Source: Candidatus Levyibacteriota bacterium
Lineage (GTDB): Bacteria > Patescibacteriota > Microgenomatia > Levybacterales > UBA12049
DNA: 57,104 bases
Direction: 5' to 3'
Assembly: GCA_016182205.1 (NCBI GenBank)
Contig: JACOXW010000012.1
Coordinates: 1-57,104 of the forward strand
In this document: piece by piece, positions 43,824 through 55,000 of the stretch
How positions within the stretch are numbered: position 1 is the first letter of the stretch
How the letters are laid out: each line of letters begins with the position of its first letter
The notes under the pieces: generated by a model
Seen by the model: the letters and a program-made list of their open reading frames with translations, nothing else
Database searches by the model: none
What the model was told of the DNA's origin: nothing
Position numbers and translations under genes: made by a program

Positions 43824-45965
43824 TTACTGAGCGGAAACACGACCTGTAAAGGTAGATTTTGCTAACATTGCCTCGATAATATTTTTCGGAACTTCCTCAT
43901 AATGTGATGGTTCCATATAATACGAAGCGCGTCCCTGAGTCATACTTCTTAGCGTTGTTGCATAACCTGAAAGCTCAGCCAGAGGAACTAACGCATTAAT
44001 AATTGTTGCTTTACTTCTTTCTTCTGTTCCTGAAATCTGAGCGCGTTTTGATGAAAGATCACCGATAACATCCCCCATAAACTCAGATGGTGTAGTTACT
44101 TCAACCTTCATAATCGGCTCAAGGAGCGTCAGGTCAGCCTTTTTTGTGGCTGACTGAAGGGCCTGAGATGCAGCAATTTTAAAGGCAATTTCCGATGAAT
44201 CAACATCGTGATATGAGCCGTCATAACAGGTAACTTTTATATCAACAACCGGATAACCAAGAAGAATACCATTCTCAAGCGATTCTTTCACGCCCTTTTC
44301 AATTGCTTTTATAAATTCTGCCGGAATTGCTCCTCCTTTAATCGCATCCACAAATTCGTAGCCTTCTCCTCGAGGCTTGGCATCAACACGGAGGAAACAG
44401 TGACCGTATTGGCCGCGTCCTCCGGATTGCCGGATATATTTCCCTTCGCCTTCTGCTTGTTTTTTCACAGTTTCTTTATAAGCCACCTGTGGCGCGCCCA
44501 CATTTGCCTCCACACCAAAATCTGCCTTCATGGTATTGACCTTCACTTCAAGCTGCAGTTCTCCAACTCCAGAAATAATGGTCTGGCCTGTTTCATGGTT
44601 TGTTTTCACCTGAAATGTAGGATCTTCATCCATAAGCCGCTTGAGAGCAAAACCTAGCTTTTCCTGATCAGACTTCGTCTTTGGCTCAATAGCAAGTGAA
44701 ATAACTGGCTCAGGAAACGTAATTTTTTCAAGAACAATCGGTTTTCCCTCATCACAAAGAGTATCTCCTGTTCCGGTATCCTTGAGTCCCACGATGGCAA
44801 CAATTTCTCCAGCAAAAGCCTCCTGAATTTCTTCCCGTTGATTTGAGTGCATCAAAAGAAGCCGTCCTACACGTTCTTTAAGATTTTTAGAACTGTTAAA
44901 AATATACGAACCTGCTTGTATTGTTCCTGAATAGACGCGGAAAAATGTGAGCTTTCCTACATGTGGATCATTTTGAATCTTAAATGCCAACCCTGCCATA
45001 GGAGCATTTTCAACCAATTGTCTTGTCTCTTCCTCATTGGTTTTTGGATTTATTCCTTTTACTTCTTTTAAGTCAACAGGAGAAGGGAGATATTCGATAA
45101 CAGCATCTAAAAGTGGTTGCACACCTTTATTTCGAAGTGACGAACCTGCGTAAATCGGCACCAGTTTATATGCGATAACTGCTCTTCTTAGTGCTTTTCG
45201 CAGTTCTTCAGGAACTATCTCTTCATTGTTTAAATACTTTTCCATCAAAATATCATCTGTCTCAGCAATTTTTTCAATAAGCTTGTTTCTATAGGTTTCT
45301 ACTTGATCCTTCATGTCCTCTGGAATTTCATCTGAGACGTCGTATTTTGCACCCAGCTCATCCGAACCCCAAACGTATGCTTTCCTACTCAAAAGATCTA
45401 CAATACCTTTGAACGAAGATTCAAAACCGATGGGAAGTACCATGATCGCCGGATTTGCACCAAGTCTGTCCTCAATAGATTTTATTGTGGCAAAAAAATC
45501 TGCACCCAATTTATCCATTTTGTTCACAAAGCAAATACGTGGAACTTTATACTTATCTGCCTGTCTCCATACGGTTTCGGATTGAGACTGTACTCCTTCT
45601 TCTGCATCCAGAACAGTGATGCCCCCGTCCAGAACACGAAGCGAACGCTCTACTTCTGCAGTAAAGTCTACATGCCCCGGTGTATCAATAATATTTATTC
45701 TGTGTTCAACACCCTCAAGAGGTCCTGTTGTAGGTTTCCAAAATGCGGTGGTTGCAGCAGAGACAATAGTAATACCTCTTGCCCGTTCTTCTGCCATCCA
45801 GTCCATGACTGTATTTCCCTCATCAATATCACCGATTTTGTGAGTACGTCCAGTATAATAAAGGATACGTTCTGTGGTAGTAGTTTTACCTGCATCAATA
45901 TGCGCGATAATACCAATATTTCGTATTTTATCTAATTCAAATTTTCGATGGAGCGATTCTGCCAT
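43824..45965 (-). CDS. fusA: elongation factor G
   Basis: [20 protein letters not shown] and NKMD motifs, with full-length EF-G similarity. Confidence 0.98.
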   Translation of the reverse strand: MAESLHRKFELDKIRNIGIIAHIDAGKTTTTERILYYTGRTHKIGDIDEGNTVMDWMAEERARGITIVSAATTAFWKPTTGPLEGVEHRINIIDTPGHVDFTAEVERSLRVLDGGITVLDAEEGVQSQSETVWRQADKYKVPRICFVNKMDKLGADFFATIKSIEDRLGANPAIMVLPIGFESSFKGIVDLLSRKAYVWGSDELGAKYDVSDEIPEDMKDQVETYRNKLIEKIAETDDILMEKYLNNEEIVPEELRKALRRAVIAYKLVPIYAGSSLRNKGVQPLLDAVIEYLPSPVDLKEVKGINPKTNEEETRQLVENAPMAGLAFKIQNDPHVGKLTFFRVYSGTIQAGSYIFNSSKNLKERVGRLLLMHSNQREEIQEAFAGEIVAIVGLKDTGTGDTLCDEGKPIVLEKITFPEPVISLAIEPKTKSDQEKLGFALKRLMDEDPTFQVKTNHETGQTIISGVGELQLEVKVNTMKADFGVEANVGAPQVAYKETVKKQAEGEGKYIRQSGGRGQYGHCFLRVDAKPRGEGYEFVDAIKGGAIPAEFIKAIEKGVKESLENGILLGYPVVDIKVTCYDGSYHDVDSSEIAFKIAASQALQSATKKADLTLLEPIMKVEVTTPSEFMGDVIGDLSSKRAQISGTEERSKATIINALVPLAELSGYATTLRSMTQGRASYYMEPSHYEEVPKNIIEAMLAKSTFTGRVSAQ

Positions 45966-45975
45966 ATATTTACCT

Positions 45976-45998
45976 AAAAAAACTCCCGATCGTGGGAG
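45976..45998 (-). promoter_or_regulatory. hairpin plus U7 inside the fusA 5' leader (attenuator-like)
   Basis: On the minus strand, ACUCCC-ACGAUC-GGGAGU is followed by U7 (the A-run at 45976-45982). AGG then precedes the ATG at 45965. Confidence 0.45.
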
Positions 45999-46024
45999 TA
46001 AGTAACCCCTTTCAAACTATTAAA

Positions 46025-46033
46025 ATTATACCA
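46025..46033 (-). promoter_or_regulatory. extended -10 promoter (TGGTATAAT) for fusA
   Basis: Reverse complement of ATTATACCA at 46025-46033. Confidence 0.5.
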
Positions 46034-46203
46034 TACTTTCTCAAAACGTGCCACCATACTTTTCTTACAAATTTCATGTTGACATGAATACTCTTTTTTG
46101 TGTAAGTTACAATTAAGAAGAAGGAGGGCTTGCCCCTCCCAAGCCCGATCCTCAATAAGGCTTTCAAGAAAACAGATATTGAGGGCGAAGGGGGGTGAGA
46201 TAC

Positions 46204-46569
46204 ATGCTTAATTTTAATTCTTTGGTGCTTTTTTCTGAAAAACCGGAAGCCTTAGTGAATTTCTACAGCAAAGTGTTTGAGAAGAAACCTGATTGGTCAG
46301 GAGGTGACTTTCACGGCTTTACTGTCGGATCAGGATCCCTGGTAATTGGCCCACATGACAAAGTTCATGGCAAAAGCCATAATCCCGAAAGAATACAATT
46401 CAATTTTGAGACAGAAGATGTTCAAGGAGAATTTGAGAGGGTTAAAGGACTTGGATCCGCTGTTATTGCAGACCCATATCATCCTGGTGAAGAACCTGAA
46501 ATCTGGCTGGCGACGCTTGCAGATCCAGATGGCAACTATTTTCAGCTCATGTCACCCATGAAAATGTAA
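46204..46569 (+). CDS. VOC-family (glyoxalase/bleomycin-resistance fold) protein
   Basis: Small beta-alpha-beta-beta-beta type sequence (LVLFSEKPEALVNFYSKVF...ATLADPDGNYFQL). The ATG has a GAAGGGGGG SD upstream. Confidence 0.75.
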   Translation: MLNFNSLVLFSEKPEALVNFYSKVFEKKPDWSGGDFHGFTVGSGSLVIGPHDKVHGKSHNPERIQFNFETEDVQGEFERVKGLGSAVIADPYHPGEEPEIWLATLADPDGNYFQLMSPMKM

Positions 46570-46592
46570 GATATAAAAAGTCATATTCTCCC

Positions 46593-46620
46593 TTGACTTT
46601 TTGTTATTTCTTATTATCAT
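46593..46620 (+). promoter_or_regulatory. promoter TTGACT-N16-TATCAT, 6 nt before the ATG at 46627
   Basis: Read directly from the sequence. There is no SD. Confidence 0.5.
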
Positions 46621-46626
46621 AGGGTA

Positions 46627-47286
46627 ATGAATAATATGCTGCTTTTTGGAGTAGTTGTTTTTGTTGGTGTAATGGCATTTCTTATTTTTTCAAATAAAGG
46701 GCCGACAAATCCGCAGCTACCGGATATAAAATTCCTTACACCAACCCAGCCACTTTCACAATTACAACGGCAACAAGAGGAACAACTTCGCCAACAACAA
46801 TTACAACAACAACAGTTGATCCAGCAGCAATCACAGCAAAATGTGCAGGGTGCGTCCGAATCCGCAAAAGCATCCAGTATTGTTATCAAAACAAGTAAAG
46901 GCGATATTACTATTAAGTTTTATGCCAACGATGCAAAAAATACGGTTGCTAACTTTGTGAATAAAGCAAAGTCGGGATTTTATAATAATCTGACATTCCA
47001 TCGAGTAGAAGATTGGGTGGTACAAGGCGGAGATCCACTGGGGAATGGTACTGGTGGAGGAAATATGCAAACCGAACTAAATGATCATCCATTTGTTAGA
47101 GGCTCAGTCGGAGTTGCTCGTGGTAATGATATCAAGATTTCAAATGATGCGCAGTTTTTTATCACAAAACAAGACGCATCGCACTTAAATGGACAATATA
47201 CAAATTTTGGAGAGGTAACAAGCGGCATGGACGTGGTAGATAAAATCGAAATCGGCGACAAAATATTAGGTTTAACAATAGAATAA
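46627..47286 (+). CDS. membrane-anchored cyclophilin-type peptidyl-prolyl isomerase with a Gln-rich linker
   Basis: There is an N-terminal TM helix and a QQ-rich linker. FHRVEDWVVQGGDPLGNGTGG is the cyclophilin core. Confidence 0.88.
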   Translation: MNNMLLFGVVVFVGVMAFLIFSNKGPTNPQLPDIKFLTPTQPLSQLQRQQEEQLRQQQLQQQQLIQQQSQQNVQGASESAKASSIVIKTSKGDITIKFYANDAKNTVANFVNKAKSGFYNNLTFHRVEDWVVQGGDPLGNGTGGGNMQTELNDHPFVRGSVGVARGNDIKISNDAQFFITKQDASHLNGQYTNFGEVTSGMDVVDKIEIGDKILGLTIE

Positions 47287-47289
47287 TGC

Positions 47290-47766
47290 TTACCAACGGA
47301 AATGGGCGAAGGCTTTGTTAGCGTCTGCCATGCGCTGCATGGTATCTCGTTTTTTAATCGCGTCCCCTTTACCTTCTAAGATGTCCAGAATCTCTGCGGC
47401 AAGTTTTTCTGAAAACGCATGGTACTCTTTATTTGGACGAGCTGTAGCTGCGGTAATAAGCCATCTTATGGCTAGCGCTTGACGTCTATCCCCACGAACC
47501 TCGATAGGAATCTGGTAAGATGCGCCGCCTACCCGTCTGGCCTTTACCTCAATTTTTGGCCCAACAGTAGCAACTGCCCGTTCAAAAAGTGCTACTGGAT
47601 CTTCTTCTTTTTTCTTTCCAAGAATTGCGAAGGCTTGATAAACCTGTTTTTCGGCTACAGTTTTTTTCCCATCCTTCATAATCCGGTTGATGAGCTTTGC
47701 AACAACTCGATTGCTATAGATAATATCCGGGGGAGTAATACGTTTTACTACTTTCTTGTGTCTCAT
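47290..47766 (-). CDS. rpsG: 30S ribosomal protein S7
   Basis: DIIYSNRVVAKLINRIMKDGKK...RRVGGASYQIPIEV is the S7 signature. Confidence 0.95.
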   Translation of the reverse strand: MRHKKVVKRITPPDIIYSNRVVAKLINRIMKDGKKTVAEKQVYQAFAILGKKKEEDPVALFERAVATVGPKIEVKARRVGGASYQIPIEVRGDRRQALAIRWLITAATARPNKEYHAFSEKLAAEILDILEGKGDAIKKRDTMQRMADANKAFAHFRW

Positions 47767-47810
47767 GCTTGGTTATTAGTTATTAGTTCAGAGTTCATAG
47801 AAAATCAACT

Positions 47811-48272
47811 TTATGCTGCATCAGCCGCGGGTGCCACGGGAGCCGTCTTAGCAGGTCCTATACCACCTTGACGCTTGGTTCCGTATTTACTCCGTGAAGT
47901 TTTTCTATTCTCAACACCCATCAAATCAAATTTCCCACGAACAATATGATACTTTACTCCCGGTAAATCCTTCACACTTCCTCCGCGTATCAGCACAATA
48001 CCATGTTCGGAAAGTGAGTGACCGACACCTTGGATATATGCTGTTACCTCTACCCTATTGGAAAGCTTCACTCTTGCTACTTTTCGCAATGCTGAGTTAG
48101 GTTTTCTAGGTGTCATCGTCTTCACAAGCGTTACTACTCCACGCTTTTGTGGAGCAACTTCTGATGCATATGTTCGCGTTCGAGCATTAAAGAGACGACG
48201 AAGCGCGGTTGCTCGGAATTTTTTTGTTTTTTTCTTTCTGCCTTTTTTGGCAAGTTGTGAAAGTGTCGGCAT
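47811..48272 (-). CDS. rpsL: 30S ribosomal protein S12 with a C-terminal extension
   Basis: [12 protein letters not shown]...[16 protein letters not shown]...[20 protein letters not shown]. An additional C-terminal segment of about 25 aa is present. Confidence 0.95.
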   Translation of the reverse strand: MPTLSQLAKKGRKKKTKKFRATALRRLFNARTRTYASEVAPQKRGVVTLVKTMTPRKPNSALRKVARVKLSNRVEVTAYIQGVGHSLSEHGIVLIRGGSVKDLPGVKYHIVRGKFDLMGVENRKTSRSKYGTKRQGGIGPAKTAPVAPAADAA

Positions 48273-48280
48273 AAAAATTA

Positions 48281-48308
48281 ATTTTAAATTTGAAATTTTA
48301 AATTTGAA
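48281..48308. repeat. two tandem copies of a 14-nt unit (ATTTTAAATTTGAA) in the rpoC-rpsL spacer
   Basis: The sequence at 48281-48294 is repeated exactly at 48295-48308. Confidence 0.8.
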
Positions 48309-48320
48309 ATTGTCATGGTA

Positions 48321-51300
48321 TTATACCTCATTTACGGTTGTTCCTTCAACCGGAATGAGACGCCCAATAATAACGTTCTCCTTAAGACCCAAAAGCCTAT
48401 CTTCTCTACCCTCCAATGCTGCCTCGGTAAGAACTTTTGTTGTCTCCTGAAATGACGCAGCAGATAACCATGAATCAGAGAACAAAGCAGCTTTGGTAAT
48501 ACCCAAAAGCACACGGCGTCCTGAAGCTGGTTCTGCACCTTGTGCAAGCATTTCGGCATTCACTTCCTCAAAATGTGTCTTTGTGACAAAATCTCCAGGA
48601 ATAAAGGATGTATCTCCCACTGTTTCAACAATAATCTTATCAGACATCTTGCGAAGAATAACTTCAAAATGTTTATCATTAATCGCGATTCCCTGAGACT
48701 CATAAACTTTCTGTGCTTCAGTTAAAATATATCGTTGGGTTGCAGTTAATCCACTTGTTTTTAAGACTTCTTTTGGATCGAGGTAACCTCTGGAAAAAGG
48801 TGTTCCTGCAGTTATTTCATCACCGTCATTAACCAAAATCTCAGCCGCTAGTGGTACGAAATACTCTCTTTCCTCAACAGGTTTCATTTTGGCATTTCTT
48901 ACTTGAATAACATACCCGTCATCACCGGTTTCAATTTTTACTTTTCCTGAAATTTCAGAAATCGGTGAGAAATTTTTTGGTGTTCTCATTTCAAACAATT
49001 CCTCAACACGAGGAAGCCCCTGCGTAACGTCAGCCATCACCACACCACCAAAATGCCTAACGCGCATAGTAAGCTGTGTTCCCGGCTCTCCAATAGATTG
49101 TGCAGCCATAACACCTACTGGTACTCCTAAATCGACCTTTCGTCTGGTTGAGAAGTCCATACCATAGCAACGTGCACAAATACCATTGAACAATGTACAC
49201 GTGAGTGGTGATCTGACAACTACTTCGACAACCTCATGTTCTATAAATTCACGTGCCTTTTCTTCAGTAATCTCTTCATTTTCACCAAGTAGTGTCTTTT
49301 TAGTCTTTTTTGACGTAACTTTCTGTGCGGTAAATCGTCCAAGAATTCTATCATAAAATGCTGCTTCACGGCCTTCTTCTTGTACTTGGATTGTAATTCC
49401 TTCTGTTGTACCGCAATCATCATTTCGGATAATTACATCATGAGAAACATCAACAAGTCTTCTGGTCAAATATCCTGCATTTGCAGTCTTTAAGGCTGAG
49501 TCGGTAAGACCTTTACGTGAACCTCTAGCAGAGGCTACATATTCAAAAATTGAGAGCCCTTCACGAAAATTAGACTTAATTGGTAATTCAACAATTTTTC
49601 CAAGAGGATCTAAAATAAGTCCTCTCATTGCAGAAAGCTGCTTGAGTTGCTCTTTTCCGGCACGTGCACCTTCAGAATCGATAATAGTTTTGATTGCATT
49701 CGTAGTTTTCAGATTATTCCAGGTTAGATCTGCAATATGATCTGTTGTCTTTAACCATACTTCATTAGAAAGACGTTTTTTCTCTTCTGTTGTAATAAGT
49801 CCTAACTGATACTCCTTTTCATATGCCTTTACTTTCTCTTCAGCTTGTTCAATCAGTTCTTCTTTCTCAAAAACCATATCGTTATCAAAAACTGATACTG
49901 AAATACCTGAGACTGTTGCTGCAAAGAATCCAAGATTTTTGATATTATCTATAAGCTTTGCAACATCTTCAGAAGAACACACTCTTATCGCCTGTGTGAC
50001 AATACGTTTTATACCAGATGCCTTTATGGACTCATTAATAAAACCAATCTCTTCAGGAAGCTGTTCATTAAACATGAGCCGACCAACTGTTGTCTCAACG
50101 GTGTCCGACTTCCCTTTCATGCTAACCTTCACCATAATTGCCTCCCTAAGCCTAATATCATCTATGGAATGAGCAAGCATTGCTTCATTAATGTTTGAAA
50201 ATATAGGCAATGATTGTTTCCTCAATGTTTCATCCATAGAAGTAAGGTAATAAATGCCCAAAGCCATTTCTTTATTTGGTAAGGTAATAGGACTTCCGTC
50301 TGCTGGTTTCAAAAGATTATGACTTGGCATCATAAGCTCAATTGCTTCTTCTTGAGCTTTCTTAGAAAGCGGAATATGAACAGCCATTTGATCACCGTCA
50401 AAATCTGCATTGTAACCTGCGCAAACGCAAGGATGAAGCTGAATTGCTGAACCTTCAATAAGTACCGGATAGAAAGCTTGAATACCTAGTTTGTGAAGTG
50501 TCGGTGCTCGGTTTAACAGTACCGGATGATTCTTGGTGATTTCCTCCAGAATATCAAAAACTTCCGGTGGGCGCTTTTCAATAAACCGTTTTGCAGACTT
50601 GATATTTGGGGCAAGATTTCTAACAATTACTTCCCGCAACACAAAAGGCTTAAACATTTCAAGAGCCATTTCTTTTGGCAAACCACACTGCGTTAGAGAA
50701 AGCTGCGGTCCGACAACGATAACTGAGCGTCCGGAATAATCAACGCGTTTGCCCAAAAGATTTTGTCTAAACCGTCCTTGTTTGCCACGAAGCATATCAG
50801 AGAGTGATCGAAGCGGTGTTGAGACTACTTGATTTCTCTGTGACATATCTATTAACGAATCGACAGACTCCTGAAGCATTCGTTTTTCATTACGCAGGAT
50901 TATTTCCGGTGCGCCCAATGCAATAAGATGCTTCAAACGATTATTTCTATTAATAATCCTTCTGTAGAGATCATTCAAATCTGATGTGGCAAAACGTCCG
51001 CCGACCAGTTGTACCATGGGACGCAAATCCGGCGGGATAACAGGAAGAACGGACAAAATGATAGATGACGGTGAGATATTTGCCTTTCGCATGGATTCCA
51101 TTAATCTGAGTCTCTTAACCAGCTTTAAGTACTTTGCGCCACTGGATTTTTCAGCTTCTGCTCGCAAAACACCGATGAGTTCAGAAAGGTCAATTTTTGA
51201 AAGGAGTGATGATAGTGCTTCTGCTCCAGTTTTCATGGTAAAGAAAACCGGTATATCGTATTCCAGGAAACGATAATATTCATCTTCAGAAAGAACTGTA

Positions 51301-52037
51301 CCTACTTTTAGATTCTTAAGAAGCCGAAGCATAGTATCCAATATTTCATCAAGCTTTTTACTTTCTTCATCAAATTGTTTTTGAAGACTTGCAACTTTTT
51401 GCCGCTTCAAAAACTCCAGTTCCTGTGCAACAATTTCTTTCTGATCAGTTGCCTTCAAAGTTTTTGTATCTTTCTTTTTTTCGGCAACATCTTTTTCAGC
51501 TTCTTTCTCTTGTTGTTTTACATTTGCTTGAAGTTCTTCCCGTCTTTTCTCAATGCTTTCGGTAAATTCCTCAGTAGCTTCTTCTCGTTTCTTTTCATCT
51601 ATATCAATAATTAAGTGAGATGCGTAATATATAACTGATTCTAAGTTTTTTTGAGACATATCCAAAATTAACGACAACGCAGAAGATGAACTTTTGAAAA
51701 ACCATACATGCCCCACGGGTGCCGCGAGCGTGATATGCCCCATTCTTTCTCGTCTGACACGAGACAGTGTTACTTCAACACCGCACTTATCACAAATTAT
51801 TCCTCTATAGCGAATTCTTTTATACTTTCCGCAATAGCACTCCCAGTCCTTTGTTGGTCCGAAGATACGTTCATCGAAAAGACCATCTTTTTCAGGACGA
51901 AGCGTTCTATAGTTAATTGTTTCAGGTTTGGTAACTTCCCCATATGACCAGTCTAAAATATCATCCCTACTTGCTAAAAGGATTTTTAGGGATTCAAAAT
52001 CGACAATTGTTTGGTCTTTTTTCTTCTTTCCGTCCAT
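48321..52037 (-). CDS. rpoC: DNA-directed RNA polymerase subunit beta-prime
   Basis: The Zn motif is CYCGKYKRIRYRGIICDKCGVEV. The catalytic NADFDGDQMAVH is present. I prefer the ATG at 52037, just after the rpoB stop. The ORF track extends to 52076. Confidence 0.97.
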   Translation of the reverse strand: MDGKKKKDQTIVDFESLKILLASRDDILDWSYGEVTKPETINYRTLRPEKDGLFDERIFGPTKDWECYCGKYKRIRYRGIICDKCGVEVTLSRVRRERMGHITLAAPVGHVWFFKSSSSALSLILDMSQKNLESVIYYASHLIIDIDEKKREEATEEFTESIEKRREELQANVKQQEKEAEKDVAEKKKDTKTLKATDQKEIVAQELEFLKRQKVASLQKQFDEESKKLDEILDTMLRLLKNLKVGTVLSEDEYYRFLEYDIPVFFTMKTGAEALSSLLSKIDLSELIGVLRAEAEKSSGAKYLKLVKRLRLMESMRKANISPSSIILSVLPVIPPDLRPMVQLVGGRFATSDLNDLYRRIINRNNRLKHLIALGAPEIILRNEKRMLQESVDSLIDMSQRNQVVSTPLRSLSDMLRGKQGRFRQNLLGKRVDYSGRSVIVVGPQLSLTQCGLPKEMALEMFKPFVLREVIVRNLAPNIKSAKRFIEKRPPEVFDILEEITKNHPVLLNRAPTLHKLGIQAFYPVLIEGSAIQLHPCVCAGYNADFDGDQMAVHIPLSKKAQEEAIELMMPSHNLLKPADGSPITLPNKEMALGIYYLTSMDETLRKQSLPIFSNINEAMLAHSIDDIRLREAIMVKVSMKGKSDTVETTVGRLMFNEQLPEEIGFINESIKASGIKRIVTQAIRVCSSEDVAKLIDNIKNLGFFAATVSGISVSVFDNDMVFEKEELIEQAEEKVKAYEKEYQLGLITTEEKKRLSNEVWLKTTDHIADLTWNNLKTTNAIKTIIDSEGARAGKEQLKQLSAMRGLILDPLGKIVELPIKSNFREGLSIFEYVASARGSRKGLTDSALKTANAGYLTRRLVDVSHDVIIRNDDCGTTEGITIQVQEEGREAAFYDRILGRFTAQKVTSKKTKKTLLGENEEITEEKAREFIEHEVVEVVVRSPLTCTLFNGICARCYGMDFSTRRKVDLGVPVGVMAAQSIGEPGTQLTMRVRHFGGVVMADVTQGLPRVEELFEMRTPKNFSPISEISGKVKIETGDDGYVIQVRNAKMKPVEEREYFVPLAAEILVNDGDEITAGTPFSRGYLDPKEVLKTSGLTATQRYILTEAQKVYESQGIAINDKHFEVILRKMSDKIIVETVGDTSFIPGDFVTKTHFEEVNAEMLAQGAEPASGRRVLLGITKAALFSDSWLSAASFQETTKVLTEAALEGREDRLLGLKENVIIGRLIPVEGTTVNEV

Positions 52038-52041
52038 AATA

Positions 52042-55000
52042 TTATTCAGATTTTGTTTCTGGCTCCTCTCCAACATCTCCTACATGGATTCCTTCCTCTC
52101 CTTTTTCATTCATCACTTCTTCTGCTCCTAGTTCTTCTTCAAATTCTTTTACTTCTTTTTCTGTTTTTTCTTCAGCTGCGGTTGTGGCGGCGGGAATCTC
52201 AGCCTGTTCATTATATACTGTCGCATGAATAGGAACGACGTTGAGAGCCAAGCCTTGTAATTCTTTTATCAAGACTTTGAATGATTCTGGAACCTTTGGT
52301 GTCGGAATATCCATTCCTTTTACAATTGCCTCAAATGCTTTTGCTCTTCCGACAATATCATCTGACTTAATTGTTAACATTTCCTGCAAAATATATCGTG
52401 CCCTATGTGATTCCAACGCCCATACTTCCATTTCTCCAAGCCTTTGCCCTCCCATTTGTGCCTTACCACCCAATGGTTGCTGAGTAACCAAAGAGTATGG
52501 ACCTGTTGAACGTGCATGTGTCTTATCCTCTACCATATGAATAAGCTTCATAATATACTCAATACCTACGACAACCGGATTTTCATACATCTTTCCCGTT
52601 CGTCCATCAAAAAGTCGTGACTTCCCACTGACAGGAAGTCCAGCTGACTTTAACGAACTGACAATTTTATCTTCGCTGACCTTTTCAAAAACAGGAGTTG
52701 AGACCTTATACCCAAGTTTTTTCGCTGCAAATCCCAAATGTGCTTCAAGAAGTTGTCCCAAGTTCATACGTGCAAGTACTGAAATAGGTGAAATAACAAT
52801 ATCAACGGGTGATCCATCCTCAAGGTACGGCATGTCAGCCTCTGGAAGAATCTTTGAAATGACTCCTTTATTCCCATGACGTCCAGCCAGCTTATCACCC
52901 ACAACCACATGTCTAAACTGTGCTACTTCAACTAGAATCTTCCTGATTGTTCCTGGTTCTAACTCATCACCGGATTTTCTATCAAGCGTTTGTACGCTAA
53001 TAACTGTTCCCCTTTCTCCATGTGGTACACGAAGTGAAGTGTCACGAACCTCGCGTGCTTGTTCTCCAAAGATTGCCCGAAGCAACCGTTCTTCTGCAGT
53101 TAGCTCAGTCTCTCCTTTTGGAGCAATTTTTCCAACTAAAATATCTCCCGGACCGACTTCACTCCCCACAACTACAATACCGTCCTCATCTAAATTGGCT
53201 AAATCTTCTTCTGAAACATTTGGAATATCTCGAGTCGTTTCTTCAGGACCAAGCTTTGTCTCCACGACAGATGCTTCATATTTTTCAATGTGAATAGAGG
53301 AAAGAACATCCTCCTTCACCAATCGTTCAGAGATTACGATAGCATCTTCATATCCCAACCCATCCAAGGAGGCGTAGGCTATAACAAGATTTTGCCCCAA
53401 TGCAAGCTCTCCATGCTCTGATGATGGACCATCAATCAATAAATCTCCTTTTTTCACTTTTTCACCAATTTTCACTACCGGTTTTTGTGTATAAGCAGTC
53501 GCTTGAGATGTACGTCTGAAAGATTCAATGTTATATGAGGCTTTTTGTCCGTTCTTGCCTTCTAAAACAAGCGTACTCCCATCCACCTGTATAACTATTC
53601 CATCAAAGGGAGCATATATGACGCGTCCCATAACTTCTGCGATATATCTCTCCATTCCTGTTCCTACTACCGGCGACTCCGGTTTTACCAACGGGACAGC
53701 TTGACATTGCATATGAGTTCCCATGAGTGCACGATTGGCTTCATCATGAGCAACAAACGGTATTAAAGATGCCGCGCTACCCACGACCTGCCTTGGAATA
53801 ACATCAACGTACTCAATTTTCTCCTTTTCCACTTCTAAAAATTCACCTTGATATCGGGCATCTATACGATCATGGAAAATTATCCCTTCGTCTGTCAAAG
53901 ACATTGCATGAGTAATGTAATAATCCTGTTCATCATCCGCTGAAAGATAGGTAATTTCCTCAAGTGCTTTCGAGACGATCTTACTTCCTCTTTTTTGATG
54001 CTGTACTTTCCGATATGGAGCTTCAAGAAAACCATACTCGTTAATACGTGAATACAAAGCCAGGTAAGTTACTAATCCGATATTTGGACCTTCAGGTGAT
54101 CTGATTGGGCAAATACGTGAATACTGTGAACTGTTAATATCACGAATTGAAAATGATGCACGTTCCCGTGATATACCGCCGGATCCCATGACAGTTAAAC
54201 GATTTAAATTGTCCACCTCTGAGAGGGGATTTGTTTGGTCCAATATGGTCGAAAGCTGAGATGTTCTAAAAAATTCGTTAATTGAGGCCATAACTGGTCG
54301 TGCGTTAATAAGCCCTGCAACCGACACTGGAACATCAGGCTGAATAAGACTCATCCTTTCTTTTATACTTCTTTCAAGCCGAAGAATTCCTATACGAAAC
54401 GCTGTGGTTGCTACCAATTCTCCTGCTCTTCTTACTCGGCGGTTTGCCAAACTGTCAATGTCGTCAATTAGACCTCTTCCTTGGATAAGCTGAATAAGAT
54501 ATGCCATGGTTCCTACGATGTCTCCAACTGTAAGTACTTGTTCAGAAGATTCAACAAAACCAGGAGTATCACGAAGCTTTCTGTTTATTTTATAGCGGCC
54601 GACGCGGCCTAAATCATATCTTCTGTTATTAAAAAATAGACCGTTAAAGTTTTCTCTTACCTTATCCAACACAATTGGTTCTCCAGGATGCATTCGTCTA
54701 AAAATCTCAATTATTGCTTCTGTTTCATTCTGCGTTTCATCTTTTTCTATTGTATTTTTAATGAATGCCGCACCATCTGTACCCTCCTGAGCAATAAGAT
54801 CCTGGAAACGATGTTCGATTTCTTCGTTTGTAGAGAGCCCTATGGCACGAAGAAACGTACTTGCCAAAAATTTCCTGCGGCGGTCAATTTTTACGGTAAT
54901 AGTATCATGACGTGTCGTAGCAAATTCAAGCCATGATCCGTGTGTTGGGCGAATCTCTGCTGAGTACAACATTTTACCTGTAATCGGATCTGGTGTCGCA

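Noticed and set aside
46617-46889. A Cys-rich 90-aa minus-strand ORF (CCDCCWINCCCCNCCWRSCSSCCRCNC), superficially like a metallothionein or a RiPP precursor.
   Set aside because: It is the antisense reading of the CAA/CAG-rich Gln linker of the cyclophilin gene, so TTG/CTG reads as Cys-rich in another frame. It lies entirely inside a well-supported CDS.
48281-48308. Tandem repeat checked as a possible CRISPR or minisatellite array.
   Set aside because: It has only two 14-nt units with no spacers. No repeat-spacer array exists anywhere in the window.
51375-52232. Several plus-strand ORFs with Leu/Phe-rich low-complexity sequence.
   Set aside because: They are antisense to the Lys/Glu-rich segments of rpoC and the acidic tail of rpoB.
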